The position numbers and the translations under genes were made by a program. Of a DNA stretch of 20,000 bases, positions 7,344 to 15,442 are shown piece by piece. Origin of the DNA: an uncultured virus (IMG/VR IMGVR_UViG_3300024265_000044) (Duplodnaviria; Heunggongvirae; Uroviricota; Caudoviricetes); IMG/VR virus record IMGVR_UViG_3300024265_000044; one strand, written 5' to 3'. The notes under the pieces are model-generated. The model did not search any database and was not told where the DNA came from. It saw only the letters and a list, made by a program, of their open reading frames with translations. Each line of letters begins with the position of its first letter. Within the stretch, counting starts at the first letter, position 1.

Positions 7344-7687
7344 ACAACAAAGAAATATTGGAATTCTGGGGTCGCGTCGCTGGTATCGTTCGGCGAGACA
7401 TCGACGAACCGAATGAAGAAACCGACGACGAGCTAAGGGCGCGCATCCTCGACCATCACATGCCAGTCGGGAGTCTCGCGCGGGCCGAATACGAGCTCAG
7501 AGATGTCATCCATCAATGGGGCCACGACTGCTTACCGATCACGGTGATGCTCGGCGTCAACGTCAAGATCGGTGAGCCGGCCGCACCGGGTGAGCTCATG
7601 CTCATCGTGAGGACCGAGACGAAGTGGGAGCGGCGGTTTCGTATGGCGCGGGCATGGCTCGCGGAGAGGTGGCGACGATGGAGATGA
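7340..7687 (+). CDS. Hypothetical phage protein
   Basis: ATGA-coupled; contains ETDDELRARIL. Confidence 0.65.
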   Translation: MNNKEILEFWGRVAGIVRRDIDEPNEETDDELRARILDHHMPVGSLARAEYELRDVIHQWGHDCLPITVMLGVNVKIGEPAAPGELMLIVRTETKWERRFRMARAWLAERWRRWR

Positions 7688-8007
7688 CCGAGACCCAGCT
7701 CAGGGCGAGCCTCAGAGCAGAGAACGCGCGGCTCAAAGACGAGATTGTCGCATTTCGCGATGGTCTCAGACGGATCCTCGCCAAGTTCGACGAGCTCCTA
7801 CACGTCGAAGAGCCAAGCGGTGACGATTGCCTACACGCGCCGGACTATTCGACGATCGCAGAAGCGACGGGCGCGAAAGGGTCTTGTTTGGTCATTTGCT
7901 CGCGTTGCGACCGCGGCGGGTATTTTCACTTTGACTTTGCACACCGCGCGACGATTTGGTGGACAGGCCCGATCCTGAAACGGCGCAGCGGGGAGCAGAA
8001 GCCATGA
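7684..8007 (+). CDS. Hypothetical protein (coiled coil plus Cys/His cluster)
   Basis: ATGA-coupled (alternative ATG at 7678); LRAENARLKDEI; CLH...CSRC. Confidence 0.65.
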   Translation: MTETQLRASLRAENARLKDEIVAFRDGLRRILAKFDELLHVEEPSGDDCLHAPDYSTIAEATGAKGSCLVICSRCDRGGYFHFDFAHRATIWWTGPILKRRSGEQKP

Positions 8008-8321
8008 GACGCGCCGAGCTCGAAGCGTTATTAGCCAAAGCGCCATTCACTTGCGACGACGCTTGGAAGGTGTCGCTCGAAGTCCCCACGCTCATCAAAG
8101 AGCTCGAAAAGGTTTGGGCCAAGCTACTCGAGGGCCAACGGCACAAGGACGGATCCGAATGCAAGGAGGTTGTCGGATGCGGGTTGCCGCATGTGTCGAA
8201 GCGAGCGATCGACGCGGCGATGATCAAACACCTCGAAGCCGAGCTCAACGAAGCCAAGGCGACGATCCGACTCTATGAATCTGAACCCGCAACCGAGGAG
8301 ACCGCCCCCGATGGAGATTGA
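8004..8321 (+). CDS. Hypothetical phage protein
   Basis: SD GGGGAG, ATGA overlap. Confidence 0.65.
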   Translation: MRRAELEALLAKAPFTCDDAWKVSLEVPTLIKELEKVWAKLLEGQRHKDGSECKEVVGCGLPHVSKRAIDAAMIKHLEAELNEAKATIRLYESEPATEETAPDGD

Positions 8322-8754
8322 AATCGACACCGCGTCACGCGCCACCGCCGAGGCCCTCGAGCCTCACCTTGTCGACGAGCTCGGACGCGTACCGGATCGC
8401 GATAGCCTCACCGGCCTCGACTACATCACCGCCGCGGCCGAGGTCGCCGGTCTAACGGTCGCCGACCTCATCGGCAAGGACAGACACCGCCCGATCTCGC
8501 GGCCTCGTCAAGTGGCGATATGGTTGATCCGGCGCGATCTCCGTTGGTCGCTCCCATACCTCGGGCGCGAATTCGGGAAGCGCGACCACACGACGATCAT
8601 GGCCGCATGTCGGCGCATCGACGAGCTCCGAAACCGGGAGGATTCAGACACCTTGCGGCTCATCGCTCGCGTCGAGGCTCGGTTGTGCCGCGCGGGCCCT
8701 GGGGTGACCGCGGCGCGACCGTCGTTGACGGTCAACGATGTCAAAAGCGCGTGA
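8311..8754 (+). CDS. Stand-alone DnaA domain IV (Bac_DnaA_C) HTH protein
   Basis: DLIGKDRHRPISRPRQVAIWL...SLPYLGREFGKRDHTTIMAACRRI matches the DnaA C-terminal signature; SD GAGGAG; no AAA+ domain. Confidence 0.9.
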   Translation: MEIEIDTASRATAEALEPHLVDELGRVPDRDSLTGLDYITAAAEVAGLTVADLIGKDRHRPISRPRQVAIWLIRRDLRWSLPYLGREFGKRDHTTIMAACRRIDELRNREDSDTLRLIARVEARLCRAGPGVTAARPSLTVNDVKSA

Positions 8755-8786
8755 TGTTTGACATACGTTTGACGGTTCAGTATCAG
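8722..8786 (+). promoter_or_regulatory. Putative sigma70-type promoter overlapped by five GTCAA/TTGAC boxes
   Basis: TTGACA 8758-8763, 17-nt spacer, TATCAG 8781-8786; ATG 8795 follows with no SD (possibly leaderless); lies in one of the few intergenic gaps. Confidence 0.55.
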
Positions 8787-8794
8787 GCGTGAAC

Positions 8795-9043
8795 ATGCTC
8801 CGAAAGTGGATCTTGGTCAATCGCGGCGCGGTCCCTGAGCCGCCGCAAAGCGAGATCGAGTACTCGTGCCCACGGTGCGGCAAGGACTCGCTATTGCCGA
8901 TCCTCGGCGCGGCGATGGCCCAGATCAATGGCGGCGTCGTGTTCGACGTCGGCCCGCATGCGATGCCGGTCGAGATCCGGTGCCCACATTGTCGGCGCGA
9001 GTTTGTCACCGAGGGCGATATCCCTGGCGTGTTCGAGGCCTGA
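8795..9043 (+). CDS. Zn-ribbon protein
   Basis: YSCPRCG...IRCPHCRR; alternative GTG start at 8789. Confidence 0.75.
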   Translation: MLRKWILVNRGAVPEPPQSEIEYSCPRCGKDSLLPILGAAMAQINGGVVFDVGPHAMPVEIRCPHCRREFVTEGDIPGVFEA

Positions 9044-9046
9044 GCG

Positions 9047-9976
9047 ATGGGTTACGGCAAGTTTTTCGCGAGTGCTTTCACCGGCTCCATGGCTGGATCC
9101 GGCGCTGAGATTTTCGCGGTTTGGGGCTACATCATCGCCACGACCGTCGACTCTGTCGTCGAGGTCAATCCAATCGTCTGCGGCGCGTCGATCGGCATGC
9201 CGCCGGAGAACGTCGAGCGGTGTCTTGCGTCACTCTGCGAGCCCGATCCGAAGAGCCGCAACGAGGAACACGACGGCCGTCGGCTCATCAAGACCGGCCC
9301 GTTTACATACGATGTCGTGAGCCATCGGATCTATCGCGACCTACGCAACGAGGAAGAGCGGCGCGAGTACAACCGCACGAAAAAGCGCGAGTCCCGTGAG
9401 CGCCAGAGGGTCAAACAGAACGTCAAAGCGTCAAACGCGATGTCAAACAAGTCAGCCCAAGCAGAGGCAGAGGCAGAGGCAGAGGCAGAGGCAGAGGCAG
9501 AAGCAGAAGCAGAAGCAACAGGCGGTGGCGGATCTGAGGCGCCTCTACTGACGGCCGACGAGCTCCCCGAGGGATCGCCTCGCCGCACCCGCCTCGAGCG
9601 GTGGATTGAGCGGACCGGCAAGGACACGATCGAGGACGGACCGCCAGCGCGTCACGACCCAATCCATGAGCGGATCCGGTTTGTGGATTGGTTCCCGTCG
9701 CAACGGCTCGTCGATTGGGTCAAGGCACTCGGACTCACCGATCGCAACTTCGACGAGATGCTTTCGCAGGCGCGCGAGAACATCACCGGCAAGCATGACG
9801 TCGAGTGGCTCGACAACAAGATCGCTCGTTACGTCAAGACGGCCATCGCTCAACAGAACGGGAAACCGGCCGGAGGCAAGCGCGGACACCGGCAACCGGA
9901 TCACGGTGTCGTTAGTCCGGATGACTTCGACGCACCGACGGGCACGATCGGATCCTCGAGGAAGGTGCAGGTATGA
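9047..9976 (+). CDS. Phage replication initiator protein
   Basis: YGKFFASAFTGSM...PDPKSRNEEHDGRRL...YRDLRNEEERREYNR N-terminal domain, low-complexity linker with iterons and (AE)n, C-terminal domain; lies upstream of a DnaC-like ATPase. Confidence 0.75.
   Translation: MGYGKFFASAFTGSMAGSGAEIFAVWGYIIATTVDSVVEVNPIVCGASIGMPPENVERCLASLCEPDPKSRNEEHDGRRLIKTGPFTYDVVSHRIYRDLRNEEERREYNRTKKRESRERQRVKQNVKASNAMSNKSAQAEAEAEAEAEAEAEAEAEATGGGGSEAPLLTADELPEGSPRRTRLERWIERTGKDTIEDGPPARHDPIHERIRFVDWFPSQRLVDWVKALGLTDRNFDEMLSQARENITGKHDVEWLDNKIARYVKTAIAQQNGKPAGGKRGHRQPDHGVVSPDDFDAPTGTIGSSRKVQV
9410..9455 (+). repeat. GTCAAA iteron-like repeats (putative replication origin)
   Basis: GTCAAA at 9410, 9422, 9430, 9442 and GTCAG at 9451, inside the initiator gene as with the lambda O iterons. 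Confidence 0.7.
9461..9514 (+). repeat. Hexamer tandem repeat (GCAGAG)6(GCAGAA)3 encoding (Ala-Glu)9
   Basis: Counted directly; purine-rich strand adjacent to the iterons. Confidence 0.95.
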
Positions 9977-10350
9977 CCACAGACCTGGAAGAGCGCTCGC
10001 TCGATAACTTACGCGAGACCCTGTACCTCAAGCTTGAAGGGCGGAAGGCGGATGCGCTCCTCGCAGAGGGAACGTTGGTTCACCTCGAACATCTAAGACG
10101 CCAACGCGACGATCTCGTTGAGGACGTCAAAAAGCTCAAACTCCGACACGATGAGGCGATGGCGGCGTTGCGCCGATCGACTGACGTCATTGCAGAGCAA
10201 CGCGACGCCGCGGCAAAGGAGCGCGACTTGCTCGTCACTTGGATGCGCAACCTTCCGAGCCCGGAGGACATCGATCTCGCCAGGCTTGAGATCGAGCGCA
10301 GCCCCGATGTCATCGCGGCAATCCGCAAACTGAACGAGGCGAGCGAATGA
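9973..10350 (+). CDS. Hypothetical coiled-coil protein
   Basis: ATGA-coupled; heptad-like Leu/charged pattern. Confidence 0.7.
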   Translation: MTTDLEERSLDNLRETLYLKLEGRKADALLAEGTLVHLEHLRRQRDDLVEDVKKLKLRHDEAMAALRRSTDVIAEQRDAAAKERDLLVTWMRNLPSPEDIDLARLEIERSPDVIAAIRKLNEASE

Positions 10351-10700
10351 CCGATCAAGAAGTCAACGAGCTCGCCTTGCGACTGTGGAGGGCCATCGAA
10401 CGGGTGCGCCATCTCGGCGGACGCGTCGTGCCTGCGGTGTCAATGTTCCAGCCGGCCGACTGTTGTTGTCCGTTCGGCGCGCTCCTCGGCTATCCAGCGG
10501 CTCCCTCGCTAATTCCCAACTATCCGCACTACTCGGCGGTTGAATCTGTCGGCGTTTCCCGGCTTGATGCTCTGTCGTTCATGCGTGGATTCGACGCACG
10601 CGGCGGCCGCCCAGATAGTCCGTACGATCGGCTCCATGACCTCGGCGCGACGTTCCGCGAGGAGTGCGTTGCATTCGATGAGGCAAAGGCCGGCGCATGA
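10347..10700 (+). CDS. Hypothetical phage protein
   Basis: ATGA-coupled; CCCPFGALL. Confidence 0.7.
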   Translation: MTDQEVNELALRLWRAIERVRHLGGRVVPAVSMFQPADCCCPFGALLGYPAAPSLIPNYPHYSAVESVGVSRLDALSFMRGFDARGGRPDSPYDRLHDLGATFREECVAFDEAKAGA

Positions 10701-11404
10701 TGACGGCGCGCGACAAGCCAGGCCAGCCGATGAAAACGCTCAACGAGACGATCGCCGAGGCGCGCGACCACTTTGAGGGCGTATGGGCGGACCAACGCGC
10801 CAAGGCCTTGGAGTTTCGCGCAACGCCGGCCGGTGAGCGGGCGAGGGAGGCGCGCGAGCTCGTCAAGGACCGGTTGCCCCCATTCGTGACGGGGCCCGCA
10901 AGCGAGCTCAAGGCGCGGTGTAACGGCCGGCTATACGATGCGGCGATGGGTTGGACTCCCGAGGACCATAGCCTGGCGCTCATCGGTCCGACCAAAGCGG
11001 GCAAGACAACCGCGGCGGGTCTGTTGTTCCGCAAGCAAGTCGCGGCGGGTGCCAAGGCCGGCGGCGAGCTCTGGTACTGGGCCCAACGCTTCCACTGGGC
11101 GCACGCGTCGAGGCTCGCGACAGCGCGCAAGCGTCACCCGCTAGGACGAGACGAGGCGCCGATCGTGTTGGAAGCGATGGGCGCGACGGTGCTCGTCCTC
11201 GACGATCTCGGTTGGGACCGTGCCACCGGCGACGACACCGCGATCGAGGACGTCCTCAACGAGCGCTATGAGCGGGAGTTACCGACGATCATCACGTCGG
11301 GACTGACTCAAAAGCAGATTCTCGACCGCTACGGTGAGGCGGTTTTTCGTAAGGCCTTCGAGGGCGGCGGCCGAGGCAAGATCGTCGAGGTGTTTTCGAA
11401 ATGA
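10697..11404 (+). CDS. DnaC/IstB-like AAA+ ATPase (helicase loader)
   Basis: Walker A LIGPTKAGKTT, Walker B VLVLDDLG, VLNERYERELPTIITS. Confidence 0.88.
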   Translation: MMTARDKPGQPMKTLNETIAEARDHFEGVWADQRAKALEFRATPAGERAREARELVKDRLPPFVTGPASELKARCNGRLYDAAMGWTPEDHSLALIGPTKAGKTTAAGLLFRKQVAAGAKAGGELWYWAQRFHWAHASRLATARKRHPLGRDEAPIVLEAMGATVLVLDDLGWDRATGDDTAIEDVLNERYERELPTIITSGLTQKQILDRYGEAVFRKAFEGGGRGKIVEVFSK

Positions 11405-11802
11405 GCGTTGCCGAAATAAGTCTCCAGAGAGCGTTTGACCATTTCATGGCCGAGCTCACCGAGCTCGACGTCGGTGACGAAATCGTCATCACCGCCGCGC
11501 AATGGGAGAAGCTCAAAGCGTTGGCCGGTCCACAAGACGAGACCGACCAAGCGCGGTTGGTACGTTGCACGAGCGAGCTCGCCGAGCTCCTCAAGGTCGG
11601 TCGCTTCGACGCCAGCATGATGCGGTTTCTTGAGTTTTTCCTCCGCGCGGCGCTCAAGGGAGTCGAGAAAACGATGCATGACAAATTCGGCATGCTCTTA
11701 CAAGCCGAGCTCACCACCAAGGATCGCGACATCGTCAACGCGCAACTCAAACGCGCGATGAACCTACCAGGACCGCACAACTCGAAAGGCAACGGCGGAT
11801 GA
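11401..11802 (+). CDS. Hypothetical phage protein
   Basis: ATGA-coupled at both ends. Confidence 0.7.
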   Translation: MSVAEISLQRAFDHFMAELTELDVGDEIVITAAQWEKLKALAGPQDETDQARLVRCTSELAELLKVGRFDASMMRFLEFFLRAALKGVEKTMHDKFGMLLQAELTTKDRDIVNAQLKRAMNLPGPHNSKGNGG

Positions 11803-12038
11803 CACCATTGGAGCAACTCATTGAAGCGAAGGCGCGGTTGGCCGACGAGATCCTCAAGCTCAAGGGCGAGGGCGAGACGTCGATCCGCGTCGCGGACCTC
11901 CAACCGTTTTTCGAGGAGATTACGCGCGCCGGTCGCGCCGCTGGTCAAATCAAAGGCACTGGCCGAATCAAGGTCAAGGCCGGCGTCGGCGCGCGGGCCA
12001 AGGCCAACCTCGGAGTCGGAAAGCAGCGCCAGTCATGA
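11799..12038 (+). CDS. Hypothetical basic protein
   Basis: ATGA-coupled at both ends. Confidence 0.65.
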   Translation: MTPLEQLIEAKARLADEILKLKGEGETSIRVADLQPFFEEITRAGRAAGQIKGTGRIKVKAGVGARAKANLGVGKQRQS

Positions 12039-12265
12039 GCGCGCACCACATCAAGCCGCGCGGCCAATACGACTCGGAGGATTGGCTCGACTTCCTCGAC
12101 GGTTGGCATGAGGTGAGCTCGGAGACGTTTCACACCAAGCGCAACCCCGAGCGGATCATCCGTTGGCGCGAGGGCGTTGGACCGATGTCGGCCTTCCAAG
12201 GCTATTCGCGGACCACCATCGAGGAAGGCCAACGCCAACGGCGCAACCTGGATCAAGTGGCATGA
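12035..12265 (+). CDS. Hypothetical phage protein
   Basis: ATGA-coupled at both ends. Confidence 0.65.
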   Translation: MSAHHIKPRGQYDSEDWLDFLDGWHEVSSETFHTKRNPERIIRWREGVGPMSAFQGYSRTTIEEGQRQRRNLDQVA

Positions 12266-12558
12266 GCGAGCGGACGATCATCACCGGTGGGCCGCTCCCC
12301 GATGGCATCGAGCGGGTCTGTTGTCGCGCGCGCGCGGCGTTCCTGTTCGGAGCGGGCTCGCCGCCACATCTCGCGATGGTCGCGCATGAGACCAACGAGA
12401 TCGATCGGTGGCGCGACGGCATGGCGAAACTCGAGCGCGAGGTCAAGGAGCTCCACGGTGTCGCTCAGATGGTCAACCGTCGGTTTGTTTGGTTGCGCGT
12501 CGCGCTCGGTATCTCAGCGGCGCTCAACGGTTACTGGATCGGGAATGTATTCCAATGA
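12262..12558 (+). CDS. Small protein, coiled coil plus C-terminal hydrophobic helix
   Basis: ATG 12262 overlaps the upstream TGA; FVWLRVALGISAALNGYWIG. Confidence 0.65.
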   Translation: MSERTIITGGPLPDGIERVCCRARAAFLFGAGSPPHLAMVAHETNEIDRWRDGMAKLEREVKELHGVAQMVNRRFVWLRVALGISAALNGYWIGNVFQ

Positions 12559-12740
12559 ACGATCCGATACAGAGAGCTATACAAAACGCGCAAGCCGACG
12601 AGCTCCGACGGTGGCGCGAGATGGTCGCACGACTTGAGGCCGACCTCGTCGCGCGCACCAACCGCGGCGAGTGGACCGGCCTAGCGTTGGCGCTCTCAAT
12701 CGTTCTGAACGTCGTCTTGGTGGCGATGTTGTTTAGGTAG
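12555..12740 (+). CDS. Small tail-anchored membrane protein
   Basis: ATG 12555 overlaps the upstream TGA; WTGLALALSIVLNVVLVAMLF transmembrane-like segment. Confidence 0.7.
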   Translation: MNDPIQRAIQNAQADELRRWREMVARLEADLVARTNRGEWTGLALALSIVLNVVLVAMLFR

Positions 12741-12763
12741 ACGGCTCGAAGGGAGATCATCGA

Positions 12764-13057
12764 ATGGCAACGAAACGAACAACGCGCGTAGGCGCACGAC
12801 CGGCACTCGGCGATCGAGTGCAAGACCAGATCAGCGGATTCAAGGGCATCGTCTGTTGCATCTCGACTTGGCTCAACGGATGCGTCCGCGTCACGCTCGA
12901 GCCTGAGAAACTCAGCAAGGACGGCAAGGCGCTCGACAACGGGACTTTCGACGAGCACCAACTCAAAGTGATTCGCCGTCGGGTCATGCCGACGCCAGCG
13001 ACCGCACCCGGCGGACCTCGACCGGAGCCATCGCGACACGCCGCGCCGACGAGGTAA
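12764..13057 (+). CDS. Conserved phage hypothetical protein (SH3-like beta pattern)
   Basis: SD AAGGGAG; LGDRVQDQISGFKGIV...WLNGCVRVTLEP...FDEHQL is a pattern I recognise from other phages. Confidence 0.8.
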   Translation: MATKRTTRVGARPALGDRVQDQISGFKGIVCCISTWLNGCVRVTLEPEKLSKDGKALDNGTFDEHQLKVIRRRVMPTPATAPGGPRPEPSRHAAPTR

Positions 13058-13060
13058 GGC

Positions 13061-13315
13061 ATGAGCAGGCTCATCGCGTCCGCATGGGATAGCTACAATC
13101 GGGAAGTGTTGCCGCCGACAGCCGGCGACATTCAGCGCATCGAATCCCGGCTTGCTTTCTATGCGGGCGCGGCGGCGCTATTCATCGGCCTCGTCAAGTC
13201 CGTCGGCAACGAGGACGAACCGAGCGCGGACGATCTCGCGATGTTGGACAGCGTCAAGACCGAGCTCCAAGAGTGGAAAGAGGAAGCGAAGCGCGCGGCG
13301 AGGGCGAGGCGATGA
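13061..13315 (+). CDS. Conserved phage hypothetical protein
   Basis: [11 protein letters not shown]...[21 protein letters not shown]. Confidence 0.78.
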   Translation: MSRLIASAWDSYNREVLPPTAGDIQRIESRLAFYAGAAALFIGLVKSVGNEDEPSADDLAMLDSVKTELQEWKEEAKRAARARR

Positions 13316-14283
13316 GCAAGCGCAATCGGAACCTTTTCGAGATCGGCGACGAGGTTGGTGAGCTCACCGTCGAGGCGTTGAGCGAAAAGGATCCAACGAG
13401 GTATGGACGCTTTTGGGATTGCCGTTGCCAGTGCGGCGCGCCACAGGTACGCAGCTCGGTACAGCTCAACGGCGCTATCCGAGACAACACATCGCCGATG
13501 TGTCCTCGGTGTTTGAGCGAATGGCGTCGCGGCATGTCGCTCGAGCGCGACGCGCATCGCCGGAGCGGACTCGCCCGACATTTCGAGACGACGCGCTCAC
13601 TCTATGGCCATGGTTGGGACGAGCGATTTGAGAATGGATATCGAGCGGCGCTTTGCGCGGAGCTCGGTCCGATGGCCGCGCTCGATGAGCCGCGCGGTGA
13701 TGACGTCGAGCCATACAGCGCGCCAAGCACCGGCGGTATCAATTGGCCTGGCCTGTATCCGATGAGCGGTTTCGTTTGGAAGTGTGAGCAGTGCAAGAAA
13801 AAGCGATCGGTCGGTTGGGGTTGCGTCGATTGCATGACGTGGGCTTGTCGCGAGTGCGTGACGGCCGGCAACTGTTGCCGGTGTCTCAACAGGGAGGGGA
13901 CGCTCGAATTTATCGGCAAACACTTCGGCGTCACGCGCGAGCGCATGCGCCAGGTCGAGGCCAAAGCGCTGAGGAAAATGCAGAATCCCAAATGCACGCG
14001 ACTCCTTGCGCCGTTCGTAGAGTTAGACAACGCGGATCGCGTCACGGGCCGGTTCTCGTCGTCGCGCGCGCTGTATGAATACGCCGAGCTCGTTGGCTAC
14101 ACGCCGGCCGGTGCCATTCTCAACGCGATCCGCTTCAACGACCAAGGATGTTTGAAGTTGTTGCGCATGGCCGACAAGCTCACCGCACCGGCGCGGAGGG
14201 TGCTTGTTTTCAAGCTCATCCGAATGAACAGTCGAGAGCTCATCGAGCTATTCACCGAAACCGACAAATTGATCGCGGCCTGA
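13312..14283 (+). CDS. Zn-finger / sigma70 region 4 fusion protein (putative transcription regulator)
   Basis: [30 protein letters not shown] closely matches RpoD region 4.2 ([30 protein letters not shown]); N-terminal [13 protein letters not shown] module; CEQC..CVDC..CREC..CCRC cluster; no region 2. Confidence 0.82.
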   Translation: MSKRNRNLFEIGDEVGELTVEALSEKDPTRYGRFWDCRCQCGAPQVRSSVQLNGAIRDNTSPMCPRCLSEWRRGMSLERDAHRRSGLARHFETTRSLYGHGWDERFENGYRAALCAELGPMAALDEPRGDDVEPYSAPSTGGINWPGLYPMSGFVWKCEQCKKKRSVGWGCVDCMTWACRECVTAGNCCRCLNREGTLEFIGKHFGVTRERMRQVEAKALRKMQNPKCTRLLAPFVELDNADRVTGRFSSSRALYEYAELVGYTPAGAILNAIRFNDQGCLKLLRMADKLTAPARRVLVFKLIRMNSRELIELFTETDKLIAA

Positions 14284-14297
14284 ATTGACGGGGACCA

Positions 14298-15155
14298 ATG
14301 AGCAAACGCAGTCGGCAACGCAAGCGCAAGAAGAGCCGCGAGAAGGACAACCAAGGTTGGCGCAACGGTGGGATCGTCGCGCTCGACCTCGACCCCACCG
14401 ACCACGAGGACGATCCGAACCGGAAACCGAGCCCGCGCATCCATGGCGTCGCGGTGTTCAGAGGCCTCGAGGCGTTTGGCGCGATCCCCGAGCTCGCTTG
14501 GCTGTTCTCGGCGTCGGCGTGTGAGCTCGGCTTCACGTCAAGTTGGGACTCGCTCACCGCGATCGCCATGATCGGCGGTGGCGAGAAGGCACACGGCGAC
14601 GCCAGCTCGACGCTAGGGCCGCCAGAGCACATGCAACGAGCCGCCGGCCTACAGCGGCGGATCCTCGGCCGGCTGAAACAACTCCCGCCGCGGCTCCAAG
14701 CCATCATCGAGATCGCGTACACCGATCGCCGTTACCGAAATCCGGACGTCAACAAGTATGGGCCCGGCATCGTGGCGATCGTCAAGCGAGCGCACTACGC
14801 CAAGGCCGCCCTCGCGCGCTCCCCGCTCGGTCAAGAGCTCGCCCTACTCCAAGCGCTGTTGATGGGCTTTGCGGATATCGTCAAGACGTTGCCGGATTGG
14901 TCACCGCTCGAGGCCGAGCTCCACGAGGCGCACGAGGATCTTGACATGCGCGAGCTCAACGCCGCGCAATCCCTGTTGACGCGCGCCCATGAGGCCTACA
15001 GGCGGACCAAGGCACCGCCAGAGGTGCGCAAGCGGAAGCGCCGCAAGCCGTCCAAGCGGCGGCCGGCCGACTCGATGTTCATCGCTGAGGCGTCCACGGG
15101 GGCCGGGAAGCGTCGGTTGGTGCCGGTGCCGATGGCGATGGCGTGCAACCTCTGA
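14298..15155 (+). CDS. Hypothetical protein, possible late-gene regulator
   Basis: Long ORF with typical codon usage; LKQLPPRLQAIIEIAY weakly resembles the sigma region 4.1/Q-like pattern; function inferred from position only. Confidence 0.6.
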   Translation: MSKRSRQRKRKKSREKDNQGWRNGGIVALDLDPTDHEDDPNRKPSPRIHGVAVFRGLEAFGAIPELAWLFSASACELGFTSSWDSLTAIAMIGGGEKAHGDASSTLGPPEHMQRAAGLQRRILGRLKQLPPRLQAIIEIAYTDRRYRNPDVNKYGPGIVAIVKRAHYAKAALARSPLGQELALLQALLMGFADIVKTLPDWSPLEAELHEAHEDLDMRELNAAQSLLTRAHEAYRRTKAPPEVRKRKRRKPSKRRPADSMFIAEASTGAGKRRLVPVPMAMACNL

Positions 15156-15442
15156 GCATCGCCGATGCTGCCAAGCGGTTGCGCATGACCAAGCGCGGCG
15201 CGCTGGAATACCTGCGCGAGATGGACGAGAAGCACCGGGCCAAACATGGCGCGCTGTTGTTCCGTCGAAGCGCCAAACCCAACGGCAAGCTATGGGTCGA
15301 CATCGCGGTCCTCGCCAAGATCCGGCCGGACAAGTTCGCCGAGCTCACCGAGGTATCGGCGATGGTCGCAATCAACTCGCGCCTCGAGGCCCTCGAGGAC
15401 GAGGTCGAGGACATCAAGCGAGAACGGAAGCCGCGCCGATGA
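15143..15442 (+). CDS. HTH DNA-binding protein (excisionase/MerR-like) with C-terminal coiled coil
   Basis: LSIADAAKRLRMTKRGALEYL...GKLWVD; stop overlaps the MTase ATG. Confidence 0.65.
   Translation: MQPLSIADAAKRLRMTKRGALEYLREMDEKHRAKHGALLFRRSAKPNGKLWVDIAVLAKIRPDKFAELTEVSAMVAINSRLEALEDEVEDIKRERKPRR

Noticed and set aside
9410..9514. CRISPR-like or DGR-like repeat system
   Set aside because: The repeats are only 6 bp with no spacers; no cas or reverse transcriptase gene and no long template/variable repeat pair was seen in the window
11292..11948. Long minus-strand ORFs such as 11292-11948, 4963-5556, 10579-11130 and 6619-7155
   Set aside because: Motif-less shadows of well-supported + strand genes, as expected in GC-rich DNA
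12555..12740. Holin/lysis cassette
   Set aside because: Single C-terminal TM helix, early-region location and no endolysin or spanin nearby
14989..15438. 150-codon N-terminal extension of the MTase ORF (785 aa in the ORF track)
   Set aside because: It overlaps two better genes; the MTase motifs begin at ATG 15439, which overlaps the upstream stop
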